In this document: positions 61,776 to 64,000 of the stretch, one piece after another
How positions within the stretch are numbered: the stretch's first letter is position 1
Layout: each line of letters opens with the position of its first letter
Assembly: GCF_006345805.1 (NCBI RefSeq)
Contig: NC_043020.1
Location: forward strand, 3,844,001-3,908,000
Reading direction: 5' to 3'
Origin: Octopus sinensis
Lineage: Eukaryota
DNA: 64,000 nucleotides
Program-made: the position numbers and the translations under genes
Notes under the pieces: model-generated
The model's input: only the letters and a program-made list of their open reading frames with translations
The model's database searches: none
Told to the model about the DNA's origin: nothing

Positions 61776-61860
61776 GTTATTGTTATTGTTATTATTATTA
61801 TCATTATTATTATTATTATTGTTGTTATTGTTATTGTTATTATTATTATTATTATTATTG

Positions 61861-61904
<44 letters not shown>

Positions 61905-61983
61905 GTTATTGTTATTGTTATTATTATTATTAATATTATTATTATTATTATTGTTGTTGTTATTATTATTATTATTATTGTTA

Positions 61984-62022
<39 letters not shown>
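61574..62022. repeat. compound (TAT)/(TGT) microsatellite
   Basis: Direct reading. Confidence 0.95.
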
Positions 62023-62023
<1 letters not shown>

Positions 62024-62378
62024 GGCCGTTAGTTTCCTTGCAAAATATTCTCTTCGTTTTCTTCTCAACATGCTTGATGAGATGAAAAATCTTCGGCAAC
62101 TCGTTTCCCGACAGCTTGAACGAACAGGGCTGGATGCATCGCCGGGCTTTGTCCTTAAATGTGGTGTCAGCAGAGACTGTAAACCGTTGGAGCAGGACTA
62201 GACGACCATGGCTAAGAACGGCTTCTGCTGCGAGGACTGAGCGTGCAACAGGTGAAGGCATTCCACGGTACAAAAGGTCCAGGTGAGGCACAGCATGGGC
62301 GGAAAAATATGCATCCAGTTGAGCAAACCAAAGTGTGACGTCACCAGAGTATGTGGTGGGCATGTTGGGAAGACTCAA
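62023..62378 (-). mobile_element. Gypsy gag N-terminal fragment
   Basis: YSGDVTLWFAQLDAYFSAH..LYRGMPSPVARSV resembles the xDPxLWFAQxExxF..LPxxIAxxV gag motif. Confidence 0.55.
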
Positions 62379-62464
62379 CTTTTACAGAGGAAAGAAAGGA
62401 AAACGAAAAAAGCACGGGACCAAAGAACCAACAAAAATGTTGGAATAATAAACGTGTGAGCAGA

Positions 62465-63760
62465 AAATGGTGGTACTCAGAATAGGCAGCGTAAATGCAC
62501 GTTGCCTGGGATCGCCTTAGAAGCGGGATCACTTACTCAACGGCCTCAGGGCACTGAAGGTCGGTCTGGTGGACATTACTGAAACCAGAATTTCTGAGAT
62601 TTCCAACCCATTTTCTGTGACTATGAAGTGTACGTATCTCCAAGTCATCCGAGAGCAGAAATCTGAGTCGCCATTTATTTCGGAAAAATCCGTATCTCAC
62701 GATACGGACCAACTTCCTGGATCCAGAATTGAAGTCAGTAGTGTTGGACGTGACCGGTAGTGAAGGACATACTATCAGGCTAATTGTCGTCTATGCCCCG
62801 AGAGGGTCAGGACTATCAGATTTCATCAGGCGTCTGGAAACTTTTCTGGGAACGTCCCGCTCTTTAGTGTTAGTGGGAGATTGGAACGGATTCTTAGGTG
62901 CACGGTGGAACTGTGTGGGTTTAGTGGATAGGGGAGGAGGGAGCAAAAACCTCGCAAACCTGCTCAGACGATTCCATCTGCCCGACAGGTATGGACTGGA
63001 TTTCCTTGATAGGCCAGTGTGGATCTGATCAAACCGCATCGGGTTATTCAGGTTGTATCTAGATAGGGTATTCTATAGAGAAGCAGATAAGCATAGCATA
63101 GGTTGCCCATAATTTAAAACACTCGACTACACAGACCACAGATTCGTGATCTGTACAGTCGACTTAGATAGGGCCCATAGACAGGAGCCCAGTTACTGGA
63201 TGATGAACGCGTCCTTGCCGGCGCGCAAAGCTTTCGGAGACCAGATTAGTGAATTAGTTAAGCGGGCGTTGATGGAGCAATCGTCAACAATAAATGGTAG
63301 TTAGCCCTCAAAAGGGTGATTAGAATAGAATTGATAAGGTTTAGCAAAGGATCAGCTGTAGAAAGAAACAAAATAGAGGCAGAGCTAGTCAGGATGTTAG
63401 GTGAGGCTTTTAGGAAAGGCATTATGACCGACGTGATTGGCACTCGAAAAATTCTTTGACGCGAAACATGAAGGTTGCGTTGTCAGAGCTAAGATGCGTG
63501 CTCTTAGACATGAAGGGACGAAAACCATTCAATGGGCCCGAGTGGCAAAGACACGGTGGGGCAATAAACCCACGATCCGATCCTTACTGGACTACGACGG
63601 ACAAACGATAATCGATCCCAATCAGTGGTGTGTGGCTTTTTAGCTCAACTGTTCTGGAAATAGCGGTTAACCGAGTCTAGACTTCATTCATACCTCAACG
63701 TATTGTCGCGGCTCTCGACAACGAGGTGAAGCATTGGGAAAGGCCGATAACAGCTCCTGA
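62465..63760 (+). mobile_element. L1/Tx1-like ORF2 (APE and linker), decayed; related to 43913-44345
   Basis: IGSVNARCLG..ITETR, IRLIVVYAP, LVLVGDWN, YLDRV, TDHRFV, SYWMMNASL, EGCVVRAKMR. Confidence 0.85.
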
Positions 63761-64000
63761 AAAACGGGAAACAATGACTAACATTAAAGTTCTTTAGCTA
63801 AAATATGTGTATACAAGGGAAACTCCAATGATAGAAATATAAAAAAAATTGAATATTCGAATCTACAGCATAAAGCGTTTCGTCATCGTTGGTGGAAGAA
63901 ATTAGCATTATTTAGAGAGAAGTGCTTTTGAAACGGTTCTGCGCAAATGGAATGTAGAAATATCGAGGGTATATTAAAAATGTAGTCTAAGGCTATAGAA

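Overview
AT-rich eukaryotic, repeat-dominated DNA. It is very probably octopod cephalopod intronic/intergenic sequence, inferred from the recurrent tRNA-headed SINE families, (TA)n/(AAT)n microsatellites and RTE/Dong/Penelope remnants. No intact protein-coding gene is evident, and most ORFs in the track are microsatellite or antisense-to-TE artefacts. The window holds decayed LINEs (RTE x5 including one near full-length copy, R4/Dong, L1/Tx1 x2, CR1-like), Penelope-like elements (Naiad-type and Neptune-type), Gypsy gag remnants, DNA transposons (DD37D/maT, mariner DD34D, Tc1, pogo-like, hAT, piggyBac-like MITEs, a Helitron end), four SINE families and a few weak candidate host exons. The most striking signal is a set of small type I hammerhead-ribozyme motifs with short palindromic stem III. 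Their position 3/8 tertiary pair appears in three compensatory forms (C3-G8, U3-A8, G3-C8), and several sit at the centre of (TA)n-embedded foldback palindromes. Other notable structures are a three-level nested insertion with recoverable TSDs, an (AAT)n-targeted ~540-bp non-coding element alongside Dong 3' ends, a 55-bp minimal MITE, a tandem SINE array and a ~95-bp inverted repeat pair bracketing 5.9 kb. All alignments and folds were done by eye and none was checked by computation.
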